Shown one piece after another: positions 14,525 to 26,295 of a stretch of DNA of 64,000 bases. The notes beneath the pieces are model-generated. The model saw only the letters and a program-made list of their open reading frames with translations. It ran no database searches and was not told the origin of the DNA. Positions within the stretch are counted from its first letter, which is position 1, and each line of letters opens with the position of its first letter. The position numbers and the translations under genes were made by a program. The stretch spans positions 24,490,001 to 24,554,000 of the forward strand of contig OX597822.1 in NCBI GenBank assembly GCA_951406725.2, in the 5' to 3' direction. The stretch is from Octopus vulgaris (lineage: Eukaryota).

Positions 14525-15083
14525 AATTATTCACAGACAATTATATTCATTTATCTTTTGAAATAATACAAGGCTACCACAAACCTTTATTACATAGTTT
14601 AGTTTCTACTAAGCCTTTTAATTCACCTTGCTCCTAAAATTAATTAGTTCGCGCATAATTATAAAGAAAGTGTTAAATATTAAATTTGAATGTGTATACG
14701 AAAGTAGTGGTTTCTTAAAATATACATACAAATATTAATAATAAAAATATTTCTGTTTAATTTTGGTACAAAGCTAGCAATTTTGCGGGAGTGGTGCAAG
14801 TCGCTTACCTCGGTCACATTACTTGACCAGCAATTATTTTATCGACTACGAAAGGATGAAAGGCGAAGTTGACTTCGGTAAAATTTGAACTCAGAATGCA
14901 GAGAGCCAGAAGCTAACAATAAAACTCATCGTCTGAATAACGATAATAATAATTCTACTCTAGGCACAAGGCCTGAAATTTTGGGGGGCAGGAGACTAGT
15001 CCATTACATCGACTCCAGTGCTCAACTGGTATTTATTTTATCGACCCCGAAAGGATGAAAGGTATAATCGACCTCGGAGGAAT
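14525..15083 (+). repeat. Copy 1 of a local diverged direct duplication (copy 2 at about 17517-18267)
   Basis: Shared TATTCACAGACAATTATATTCAT, GCTCCTAAAATTAATTAG and CTCATCGTCTGAATAACGATAATAATAATTCT, plus the same SINE junctions. Confidence 0.85.
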
Positions 15084-15592
15084 TTGAATAATAATAATAA
15101 TAATAATCTTCTAAAAGAACACTGAAGATGTGATGCTCACATCGTGTTGCTGCGAAGAATCGAAACTGGGTCATCTGACACTAAAAATGTGTACTCGCGG
15201 TAAACAATGTATTATATAAACATACATAAACATGCACACAGTATACATACACATATATACTTATATAAACAAGCGCATTTGGAAGGTTGAAGGTGCAGAT
15301 AGATAGATAGATGAATTATTCCGAAATATGCAAACATGCACAGTAAATTTAAGGATACAGAAATGAAATAAATATAATTGTAAATACCACTGAACGTTTT
15401 GTACACATATTTTTATGTATGTGTATAAATATATACGTAGATGTGTGTGTACATATAAAGCCTGAAACGTAACCCACTGTTTATACAGATAGGAAAAAAA
15501 ACTAACACATCATGTGTTTTTCGCGAAATTAGCTTGCGCTTCTTAATTTATTGTTTCCCGTAAGGAAGCTCATCAGTACTAGCCACAGCATT

Positions 15593-15631
<39 letters not shown>

Positions 15632-15666
15632 AATATGTATGTATTGAAAAGAAAGGTCACGTTTAC

Positions 15667-15741
15667 CTTAATCAAATGATATATTTGTTCGCAGTCGGAA
15701 CTCCTGCCCTCCCGGACCGTAAATTTCCGTGTGGTAGCCAT
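15667..15741 (-). CDS. First coding exon of a spermidine/spermine N1-acetyltransferase (SAT1/SAT2-like GNAT diamine acetyltransferase)
   Basis: MATTRKFTVREGRSSDCEQIYHLIK aligns with the SSAT N-terminus (human SAT1 [22 protein letters not shown]) and ends at the same phase-0 position, AAG|GTAAAC; acceptor TTGTTTCCACAG lies 1 nt upstream of the ATG; downstream exons were not found in the window. Confidence 0.8.
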
Positions 15742-15814
15742 ACTGTGGAAACAAGACGACGAATTGTAATATTTTTTCTCAGAGAACTTCTATGTCAAGC
15801 GTATTTATACAACT

Positions 15815-16340
15815 ATTTCTTTCTTTCTTTCGCCTTTTCCTTCTTTTTCCTTGCTTCACTTCCTCTATCTCTCTATCTTTTCTCTTACTCCTCTCGCTCA
15901 CTCCCTAACTCTTTACCTTTCCCTCCAGCTCTTTCTCTACCAAATCTTTCTACTTTTCGTTTCCAATTCCTCCTCTTTCTCTCCCTGTCTGTTACCCCCT
16001 ACTCTTCCTTCTCTTTATTCCTTCCTCTCCCGATCTCCCCTTTTCTTATTTCCTCTGTCTTTTTCCTCTCTTGCTCTCAAGCCCTTCACTTTTCCTTCAC
16101 TTCATATATCTCTCGTTGCCCTCCCTTTTTCCTCACTCAATCTCTCATTCTCATTATTTTCGTTACCCCTCTCTCATTTTATCTTTCTTATTCCCCCTTA
16201 AATCTCTTCTTTCTTTTCTACCTACTTACTTATCGCTCTGTTTTCTTCTCTGTTTCAAGCTTTCTGTCACCATCACTATCGTTATCTCTCCCTTCTTTTC
16301 GACTGTCATTTACTCATTTAACTAAATTCTCCCGTCATCA
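15815..16340. repeat. CT-rich low-complexity tract
   Basis: Polypyrimidine run on + strand; explains the 257-aa Leu/Ser/Phe ORF. Confidence 0.9.
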
Positions 16341-16518
16341 TTTCTCTCAGAGCATGATCCTCTTTCCGTTTGCGATTTTTCAATATTTGAAAACGAACCA
16401 AAATGTGAAAATTTCACAAAACCGGGCCAGGGTCATGTGCTATATTTAATGACCCCCATAATAATTTCAGCTGCTTTCTTCTCCTTCTTCTTCATTTCTC
16501 TGTCGTTTATTTCTGTTC

Positions 16519-16564
<46 letters not shown>

Positions 16565-18444
16565 CGTCTGCCTGTCTGTGTATTTCTCTTTATTTTTTTT
16601 TCGTCTGTGTCTTTTATAAACATCGCATTTATATACACATACATACATGCGTACATACATATTTTGTTTAATAAATACATGCGCACACAAGCACGTAGCA
16701 CACATGCATACACATAAATACGCACGTCTGTACGAGTACGTGGGGGAGGGTCTTTGGTGTTGCGGTTTTCTTCATTATACACAAAAGTGCTCTTTTAAGT
16801 CGAAATTCAAAGACATTTATATATCTAATTGAATACACATTACCAGCGCTTATTTTTCAGCTGCTGGTCCCGCTAAAATCAATATTGTAAAAAGTTCGAC
16901 ACGATGCAGTGATCAATATTAAAAAAAAAACAACTAAAATTTATATTTTTTGTCTTTCTAAAGTAGTAAATAAATAATTCATTAAACGACATGTCATAAA
17001 CCTTTGCTTTTTAAATATAATTTTTTAAACAATAACATTTTCATCGTAAATGTATAAATATATCTGTAAATTAATTATAAAATGATGTAGCTTTTTTTTT
17101 TTACCCCTGAAGTTCGATGATATCGGCAAATACCTTCGGCTTCAGAAACATGCTTTACTCCTCAACCTTCGCTCCTCCTTCAACATATTTCTCATTATTC
17201 TATGTTGCTAATCATTATTATCACACTAAATTCCCGCCGAGGTCAACTTTGTCTTTCAACCCTCAAGGGTCCATATGATTAAGTACCAGTATAGTACTGA
17301 GGTCAGTCGTATCGATTAACCTACTTCGTTCTTCTGCTTGGCCTTGTGCCAAAATTTGGAACTATTAGTGTCACAAGAAAGACGTATGGATTAAGGAAGA
17401 CTGAACGTCGGACAAATTTATCATACGGTAGTGTGTTCTATGGTTCTTAACGTTCTGCGTTCAAATTCCGACGAGGGGCAATTTTTTATTTATTTATTTA
17501 TTATTTCATTTATCGAAAATTATTCACAGACAATTATATTCATAAACCATAAACTATTATTACTTACTCTCTACTTAACCGTGCTCCTAAAATTAATTAG
17601 CTCTCGCATAATTATAAACAACGTGTTAAATATTAAATTTGCGTGTACGAAAATGGTGATTTCTTAAAATATACATAAAAATATTAATGATAATATTAGT
17701 TCTGCCAAATTTTGGTACAAGGCCAGCAATTCTTAGGGTGGGGGACCAATTCCATCGGTCGCAGTACTTGATTGGTATTTAATTTATCGATCACGATAGA
17801 ATGAAAGGTAAAGTCGACCTCGTTAGACTTTGGACTCAGAGAGTCTAAAGAGACGGAAACTAACAATTTAGCTCATCGTCTGAATAACGATAATAATAAT
17901 TCTTAAGGCTGCGAGCTGACAGAATCGTTAGTACGCCGGACAATATCCTTAGCGGCATTTCGTCCGTCCTTATGTTCTGCGTTCAAATCTCACCGACGTC
18001 AACTTAGCTTTTCACCCTTTCGGGGTCAATAAAATTAGTACTAGTAGAGCACTGGGGTTAATGTAATCTGCTTACCCTAATATTCCCTAATATTACTGGC
18101 CTTGTGCCAATATTTGAAATCAATAATTATAATTCTTTCTGTTATAGACACAAGGCCTGAAATTTTATGGGGAGGAGGTCTAGTTAATTACACCGACTCC
18201 AGTGCTCAACTGGTACTTATTTTATCGACCCGGAAAGAATGGAGGATATAGTTAACCTCGGAGGAATGTGTGTGTGTGGGTGTGTACCATCCTCATTGGA
18301 TGGTATATAACCTCACCTTGAATCGGAAGCCGAAATTTGTCAGTTAATTTCCCACTCTTGATCAAGCTTTCTGACAGTTTTGGTATGTATGCCTGCACAT
18401 ACGCGCGAGCGAGCATGCATGTGTGTGTGTCTAAGAGGGTGATT

Positions 18445-18845
18445 AAAGCTGGCAGAAACGTTAGCATGCTTAGCGGTATTTCGTCTGCGTTACGTTGTGA
18501 GTTCGAATTCCGCCGAGGTCGACTTTGCTTTCATCCTTTCGGGATCGATTAAATAAGTACCAGTTACGCACTGGGGTCGATGTAATCGACTTAATCCGTT
18601 TATCTGTCCTCGTTTGCCCCCTCTGTTTAGCCCCTTGTGGGTAGTAAAGAAATAGGTATTTCGTCTGCCTGCCTCTACGTTCTGAGTTCAAATTCCGCCG
18701 AGGTCGACTTTGCCTTTCATCCTTTCGGGATCGATTAAATAAATACCAGTTACGCACTGGGGTCGATGTAATCGACTTAATCCATGTGTCCGTCCTTGTT
18801 TGTCCCCTTTATGTTTAGCCCTTTGTGGGCAATAAAGAAATAAGA
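18445..18845 (+). mobile_element. tRNA-derived SINE (family A), internally duplicated
   Basis: GCTGGCAGAA.CGTTAG head, GAGTTCAAATTCC B box and core GTCGACTTTGCCTTTCATCCTTTCGGG; about 180-bp body repeated; similar multimers at about 32055-32430, 36210-36600, 37121-37505 and 45457-45845, plus many monomers. Confidence 0.85.
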
Positions 18846-19569
18846 AAGGGACAGTCAAATACTGTTTTAATATAAGTGATTCAGCTCCTCTCCATAAGTT
18901 TTAGGCCTTGTCTTCCTTGAAAGAGTTATTATTTACTTGGAGGGATAAAATGCGTGTTTGTGTGTGTGTGGTAGGCAAACAGAATTCAAGGAGGGTGGAT
19001 GGTGGTCTTGATCATCACAAACGTTTGCTTAAACATAGAGAAATATTGTTTCAGTTATGCTGCTGCTGGGATCACCATCGTAATATCATAGTTTCCTTTC
19101 CCGCTCAACTCGTGTGAGTGTAGAACTCTGTACTTACTCTTTTACTTGTTTCAGTCATTTGACTACGGCCATGCTGGAGCACCGCCTTTAGTCGAGCAAA
19201 TCGACTCCAGGACTTATTCTTTGGAAGCCTAGTACTTATTGTATCGGTCTCTTTTTGCCGAACCGCTAAGTGACGGGGACGTAAACACACCAGCATCGGT
19301 TGTCAAACGATGTTGGGGGTCAAACACAGACACACAAACACACACACACACATATATACGGCGGGCTTCTTTCAGTTTCCGTCTACCAAATCCACTCACA
19401 AGGCTTTGGTCGGTCCGAGGCTATAGTAGAAGACACTTGCCCAAGGTGCCACGCAGTGGGACTGAACCCGGAACCATGTGGTTGATGTGAATGTAGCACT
19501 CTGTACTTGAACAAGCAACTCCCTTTCAAGTTGCTTCTGTATTCTACAGAGGTGTAATGAGTATCAGAA

Positions 19570-19609
<40 letters not shown>

Positions 19610-19659
19610 TGAGGAGGGAGTGTGTGTAGTTATGAATATGCATGCATGAATGTTACGTA

Positions 19660-19987
19660 CGTAGTCTGATCAATAAGTATCCGGACTGTTGCCATGCTAA
19701 CGAAGCGAAAGCACGCAGAGTGAAGTCGCCTGGCACAGATTGACCTTAAACTCTGCTGTGCATGCGCACTAAGTTTTAACGTTCTAGCTCACTTTCGCAC
19801 CACACGATCACACGCTACACACCTTCCTTCCAAGCCCTGTTGTAAACAGCGGAAGTGAGCTAGAACGTCAAAACTTAGTGCACATGCACAACAGAGTTGA
19901 AGGTCCAACTTTGCCAAGCGGCTTCACTCTGCGTGTTTTAGTTTCGTTATTATGGCAACAGTTCGGATACTTATTCATCTGACCTCG
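19660..19987. mobile_element. mariner-type fold-back MITE
   Basis: TA TSD; about 140-bp imperfect inverted arms beginning CG(A/T)(G/A)GTC(T/A)GAT.AATAAGTATCCG. Confidence 0.8.
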
Positions 19988-20648
19988 TACATGCATAAGC
20001 GCAGGCGTGGCTATGTGATAAGAAGTTTGCTTCCTAACTACATGGTTCCGGGTTCTGACCCATTGCATAGCTCCTTGCATTTACCTCCTCATGCCGTTAC
20101 TGCATTTTCCTCACCTTGGAGAAAAACTCCACGTGGAGCTACCGCCAAGCGTTTTGGTATAGACGTTTTGGCGTCGTTGATTCGACGCTGACTTGTTTGA
20201 CATCATATATTTTCATGTTCTCTCGTTTTAATGTCTCTCGTTCTCTCTCCTTTTTCTCTGTGTGTGAGCATATTTCTCTTTATGTATATGAGGAAAGGCA
20301 AAATGTTCAATTAATAAATGTTCCTCACATCTTTCCTATTTGCATGTACATGTTTCTGCGCGCGCGCGTTTCCTTTCTGTGCCAAAAACTACAGTCGCCC
20401 AAATAGGTTCAATGTCCAGTCAGCCGTGTCAAATCATCAGCGTCCAAACAGCCTCGCCCAGCTGTCTCATTCTGTACCAGATTATTCTCCCAATTCATGG
20501 CATCAATGAGTTTCGGATTAGGACACCCATATAAGTTGGGTTTTCTTCGTTTCGACGTGGATTTTTTTCAATTATTTTTTTTCACTACGCCTTTGGAAAT
20601 GATGGTGGGCAGCTTTTTATGAAAAAAGTTTTGAAAATCTATTATTTT

Positions 20649-21052
20649 ATTTACATTATTTACATTTGGCGGATATTTGTCCTCATCTGATATACCCTCC
20701 AGCCTTCGTCAGGTGTCTTGGGGAAATTTCGAACCTGGGTTCTCATTCCTAAGGTACTTTTCGATGTTGTTGTTATTATTATTGTTGTTGTTGTTGTTGT
20801 TATTGTCGTTGTTATTCAGGTCACTGCTTGGAATCGAACTCGGAATCTTGGGGTTAAGAGCGCGGGTTACTAACCCCAAGTTTCCGAGTTCGATTCCAAG
20901 CAATGATCTGAATAATAATAATAATAATAATAATCATAATAACGATAATAATAATAACGATAATAATAACAGTAATAATAATAATGATAATAATAACAAT
21001 AATAATAACAATAATAATAATAATAATGATAATAATAACGATAATAATAACG

Positions 21053-21104
<52 letters not shown>

Positions 21105-21318
21105 CAACAACAATAACAACAACAACAACAAGAATACCAAAAAATACCTTTGGAATGAGACCCTAGGTTCGAAATTTCTCCAAAACACCTGATGAAGGCT
21201 GGAGGGTATATCAGCCGAAACGTGGTGTTAACAACAAACAAGATGAGGACAAATATCCATCGAATGTAAATATTGTAAATAGCGTACATAATTCCTCATC
21301 TCTTCAATATAGAACTGT
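20649..21318. mobile_element. Inverted-dimer element with tRNA head, (AAT)n and hammerhead (locus 1)
   Basis: Two oppositely oriented arms; near-perfect 12-bp TSD ATCTATTATTTT (20637-20648) / ATCTATAATTTT (21319-21330). Confidence 0.85.
21184..21229 (+). ncRNA. Minimal type I hammerhead ribozyme motif (Penelope-like, palindromic stem III)
   Basis: AACAC-CTGATGA-A-GGCTG-(10 nt)-CAGCC-GAAA-CGT-G-GTGTT; stems I and II pair fully; N17 is G here and U in the sister copies. Confidence 0.75.
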
Positions 21319-21432
21319 ATCTATAATTTTGTTTACCGCTAGCCGTTACCTCCCACTACCGATTTTGGCGGGTTTTTTTTACACTATGCCCTTAAATACC
21401 ACAGGAAAAGCTTTTTCAGTAAAAGAAAATTT

Positions 21433-21847
21433 GGATCTTTTCGGTTTGAACGGCAGTTTTTTCTGGCGGTGTCATATGAAATTTTCACCCATAATTATGA
21501 CCCTAGTATAACCCTGTTTTAGGGTTAGTTAGGGTTAGAGTTATGGGGGGGGGGAAGGGTATCTTTTTTTCTTCAGAAATGTAAATAAACCCAATCTGTT
21601 TCTTAAACGAGGGACATATTCATACGGCACACAATGTTTTCACCTCAATAGACGTGCATTGATTGGTTGAAATTGCAGAAATTGAAGAAAAAAAACAAAA
21701 CAAATATCTTACAAACTATAGAATTTTCTCAACAAAGCCAAGAGAAAAAGATGTTTTATAAACACATTCTACCAGTATACAAAGTTTAAAAGTGTTTAGT
21801 TACGTGGAAATTATTTTAAAAAACTGCCCTTCAAACCGAAAAGATCC
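21433..21847 (-). mobile_element. MITE with GG..CC TIRs, 8-bp TSD and internal TTAGGG repeats (Merlin-like)
   Basis: TIR GGATCTTTTCGGTTTGAA; TSD GAAAATTT / GAAATTTT. Confidence 0.8.
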
Positions 21848-22320
21848 GAAATTTTTTGAAGATATTTTGAGACGAAAAGGTGTGAGATTTAAAAGCAATT
21901 TAATTGTTGTTTCTAGCATATACCACGAACACCTTCCCACTTTTTATGTTTTATCTTTTATTTCTTTCAGTCGTTGAACTGCAGCCATGCCGAGGCACTT
22001 CCTTGAAGAGTTTAGTCAAACAAATTTACATCGGTACCTTTTTTATTCTGTCGTTCCTTTCTGACGAACCGCTACGTAACGGGAACGTAAATAAGCCGGT
22101 TGCAATTGCGCGCGTGTGTGTGTGTGTAAGCACAAACACAAAGACACACATACATAATACATACAACGAGCTTCCGTACAGTTTCTGTCAACTAAATTCT
22201 CTCATAAGACGTTGGTCAGCCAGGGGCTATAGTAGAAGATACACAAAGTGCCGCGCTCTGGGACTGAACCTAAAACCACATGTTTGCAAAGCGAGCTTCT
22301 TAACCACACAGTCGTATATT

Positions 22321-22353
<33 letters not shown>

Positions 22354-22505
22354 ATCTACACACACATACACATACATACATACATACATACATACATACA
22401 TACATACATACATACATACATACATACATACATACATACATACATACATACATACATAGGTACGCACGTACGTACGTGCATGCATTTACACAAAAACAAA
22501 TGCCA

Positions 22506-23690
22506 GAAAATTGGTGATCAGGAGTAGGAAAGTGTGTGGCGAATACCGGCTTCCTGTTCAGGGTGAGGTCACGTTCCATCAAATGAGGAGAACCTGATAA
22601 AATACCTATAGAAGAAATATGATGCTCTCACTTCCTTACTAACAGAGGCAATGTATAATAGACACAGAAACAGAAGAAAGAAAAATCACGACTGGTTTAA
22701 AAAGATAGAGGGATCAGGCATTCTAGGCAAGTTCATGGCCTGGATCTTCCAGTATGATCTGCTAGTGACGATTCTTTGAAAAACGTATGACATCTGTGGG
22801 AAGATGTGATAGGAACAGAGGCGAATTAACAAACACCCTCGCAGATGGCTTGCAGTTTCACCAAGTTACAAGTTAGTAGATCTATACACCCGGGTTGGGC
22901 AGTTACAGATATCCCTGTCATCAGTGACCGGAGAGATCAAGTTGGTTGAGTGCAGATTTACGATGACGGTATAAAGTCTCCAACGAGTAAAAGATCAGAG
23001 ATGCATGAGTAAACACAAGATCAGGAATTAAGCGAGGAACTGAGAAAGTAGTAGTACGAACAGAAAGTAGGCTGAGGTTGAAGGACGTCAATGGAAGCTC
23101 ATGTGAAGAGACCTAGACTCAGAAGCACCCTCCTCCAGTAAAGAGGTGGGGAAGTGAATTCAGAGAAGTGAAAAAAAAATGCCAGACCTATGCGAGATCA
23201 ACCTCAGCGGGGAAGGAGCCGATCTCTTCCAAAAAAGACTAAGACCTTGCAGGCAACATAATTATGGGAGATGAGGGTCCACCTAAGAAGAAAACTTTAC
23301 TCTACCCAGGTTTTCCAAATGTCTCTAAGCCTGACATGAAGTATGTCACATAACCTGAGAAGGTAAAGTCGATAACTCTAATTGAACTGACCGTGCCGTG
23401 AGAAGATAGATGAAAGGAAAACCATCTAGTACAAGGTTCTGGTCCGACAATGTAAGGAAAAAGCTTGTCAGGTCTGGTTATTTCTAGTTAAGGTGAGTTG
23501 TGAGGTTTTCCCAGAGCGGGCTTTGTTTAAGTGTTGACTGCAATGAGAACCGCGGTAAGAGAAAAGAAGTTAGTTGCATGTAGGTTGGGAGAAGCAACGG
23601 AATAGTGGTGGGAGTTGAATTGGAAGTCAGAGGCTAGACAGTGAATAGCCTTTGCGTCGACTTGTCTCCTGGGTGGGTAGCACATGCAAC
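22506..23690 (+). mobile_element. Degraded HERO/R2-group non-LTR retrotransposon 3' region, inserted in (TACA)n
   Basis: KPDM...ITLIELTVP*EDR...YK.LV.QC...W.F.V.V.C.GF pattern of a restriction-like endonuclease; many stops. Confidence 0.6.
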
Positions 23691-24000
23691 TTAAGGTTCA
23701 CATACATACATACATATACACATACATCAGAAGTTTATCATTTAAATATATATGAGCATGTCTAGATATGCAACTACATGCATGAGAATACATACATAAA
23801 ACATACAAATCTGCACATACATACATACATACATACATACAAAAATATCCTGTTGTTGATGTTGAAATTCCAATGAAGGAGCCTTGGATCTAGGTTAGAA
23901 ACCGGTTCTTTCTCTGTTGGCAAGAAACCTTGAAATAAACTGAATAATGATATACTTACGTACAGTTATAACATTTCTTGAGAGTACAATGACCGTGCGA

Positions 24001-25463
24001 TGTGAGGTGACGAGAACGGCTCTTTAGTACTCGATCACACGGCCTATACAATAAAGAGAAATCGAATTGAACAAATAAATGCCAGATGGGAAAGAAAGAC
24101 ACAGCCGCGTAAGAAAGATTAGAAGAATATTTATTGATATGTTAACATGTGTGTCTGTGTGTGTCATGTATACAGAATAATAGACAGGCCGCCATGAGAA
24201 CAGAATGTATGTGTGTGTGTAAGCATAGATGTATGCGCGTATTAAGAACATATAAGGATGGCAATGAAGAAGAGAGAGTGAAAGAGTCTATAGCCATCGA
24301 AGTGAGAAGTAAGTTCATAGACACAAGAACGATGACAATACCAGTTCGTAGTCATTAGTACACGGTAGTTGAAACACTGTATCAGGAAGTCGCGGCCATA
24401 ATGCTGAGCTGGATAAAGGTATATGTCGTACGCGAAGTCGTGGATGTGACGCTGCTGCCTAGGTCACTTGTACAAGAGTTGATACAGGTTGTATATTCAC
24501 TGTTGATCCATGGTGTAGTAATTCACCAACAGTGAAGTGTTGGAACCTGTGTGAATTGCTATGTACGTTGAGAGATGATGCTGACGACGTTAAGGACATG
24601 ATGGGGGCGACGAAGACGGAGGTTGCCGTAATGCTGTTGGACGAAGTTGGCAAGTGTCAACGTAGCTGCTGTGGTGGTGGTGGTGTTGTCTAGCGTTGTC
24701 GCTGAAACTGGCTGTGTCTTTGTGGTCAATGGCTAGACCTTAAAAGATCTGGAGCCAAAGACTCCGGAACGAGGAGAAGCTGGGTTTTTATAAGGAGCTG
24801 TAGGCTCAAAACAGTGTGGGGATCTTCTCGGTTTGAACGGCAGTTTTTAACATAATTTCCACATAACAAAACACTTTTAAATTTCGTATACTGGTAGAAT
24901 GTGTTTATAAAACATCTTTTTCTCTTGGCTTTATTGAGAAAATTCTATAGTTTGTAAGATATTTGATGTTTTTTTCTTCAATTTCTGCAATTTCAACCAA
25001 TCACTGACGTCTATTGGGATAAAAAACATTCTGTGCCGTATGAATATGTTCCTCGTTTAAGAAACAGATTGGGTTTATTTACATTTGTGAAGAAAAAAAA
25101 GATACCCTTCCCCCTAACCCTAACCCTAACCCTAAAACAGATTGAAATGCAATAGATCGATACTAGGGTCATAATTATGGGTGACAATTTCATATGACAC
25201 CGCTAGAAAAACTGCCATTCAAACCGAAAAGATCCCAGGGTGGTGAATAGTCTATCGAACGTGATCCTATTTAGAGATTCCGACTGGTTATACACGGCAA
25301 GTGACAGAGTAAGAGACAAATTGCGCCAATACCAACCAATCAGAGGTAGTGGAAACAACGGGACCCAAATAGCAGGCAAAGGCTAGCTATTCCCTGCTAT
25401 GTTCGAATGCACATATATATATAATAAATGGGAGAGAGGAATTTCATCCGAATCTACGCTACA
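24001..25463 (-). mobile_element. Solo-LTR-like repeat with a MITE nested at 24820-25235
   Basis: Starts TGTAGCG and probably ends CACCTCACA; CCAAT, TATA and AATAAA in LTR order; homologous copy at 51579-52560 (+); no TSD found. Confidence 0.65.
24820..25235 (+). mobile_element. Telomere-repeat MITE (copy 2)
   Basis: GGATC...GATCC TIRs; TSD CAGTGTGG / CAGGGTGG; (CCCTAA)4 at about 25112-25135. Confidence 0.85.
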
Positions 25464-26101
25464 AGAGCTACAAGCATCTATTTATTCTTAGTGATTTATG
25501 GCACATTATTTGTATCAGTTATCGTTTCAACTATATTTATCCTTATGTTTCTTTTCTTTCTTTTCTTTTGGCACGAAACCCGTAAAGATGAAAGCTGACG
25601 GATGAAGTTGTTTTGAGTATTATCAATCGATTGGCAATGGCTATAAAATTCATACCACTTCTCGTTTCATTTCGTTATAAATAATCGTACGATTAACCCT
25701 ACCAATATTGACATAAATTATAACGTATGGGAGCGTCGCGTTCAACTTGAAAGGAGTTTAATATAAATACTTATATATGTGTGTGTGTGTGTGTGTGTGG
25801 AGGCGCAATGACCCAGTGGTTAGGGCAGCGGACTCGCGGTCGTAGGATCGCGGTTTCGATTCCCAGACCAGGTGTTGTGAATGTTTATTGAGCGAAAACA
25901 CCCAAAGCTCCACGAGGCTCCGGCAGGGGATGGTGGCAATCCCTGGTGTACTCTTTCGCCACAACTTTCTCTCACTCTTTCTTCTGTTGGCCTGCTCGCT
26001 TAGCCAGCGGGGTGGCGTCATTTGAAGGCTAAAATAAAGCGAAGCGCATTGTGACCAGCGATGTGTTGCAACATCTGATAGCCTGGTCAGTTACGGTGAT
26101 C

Positions 26102-26144
<43 letters not shown>

Positions 26145-26222
26145 TGACTATTTATTAAAATTTTATGTATTGATTAAGTCTTTCCTTGTTTGTTTTGCAA
26201 AATAGTGGTTTTGTCTCTAATA

Positions 26223-26295
<73 letters not shown>

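Noticed and set aside
15122-15175. CTGAAGA...GAAA hammerhead candidate (similar case at 28983-29005)
   Set aside because: Stem II is not directly followed by GAAA or is too short, and stem I does not form
15141-15180. 40-nt exon-like segment (TTTTTAG...GTGAGC) downstream of the SAT exon
   Set aside because: Translation CQMTQFRFFAATR does not match SSAT exon 2; unsupported without RNA data
15676-16449. 257-aa ORF rich in Leu/Ser/Phe
   Set aside because: Product of a CT-rich low-complexity tract, and antisense to the SAT exon
25105-25140. True telomere or chromosome fusion scar
   Set aside because: The short (CCCTAA)n block sits at the same position inside each MITE copy
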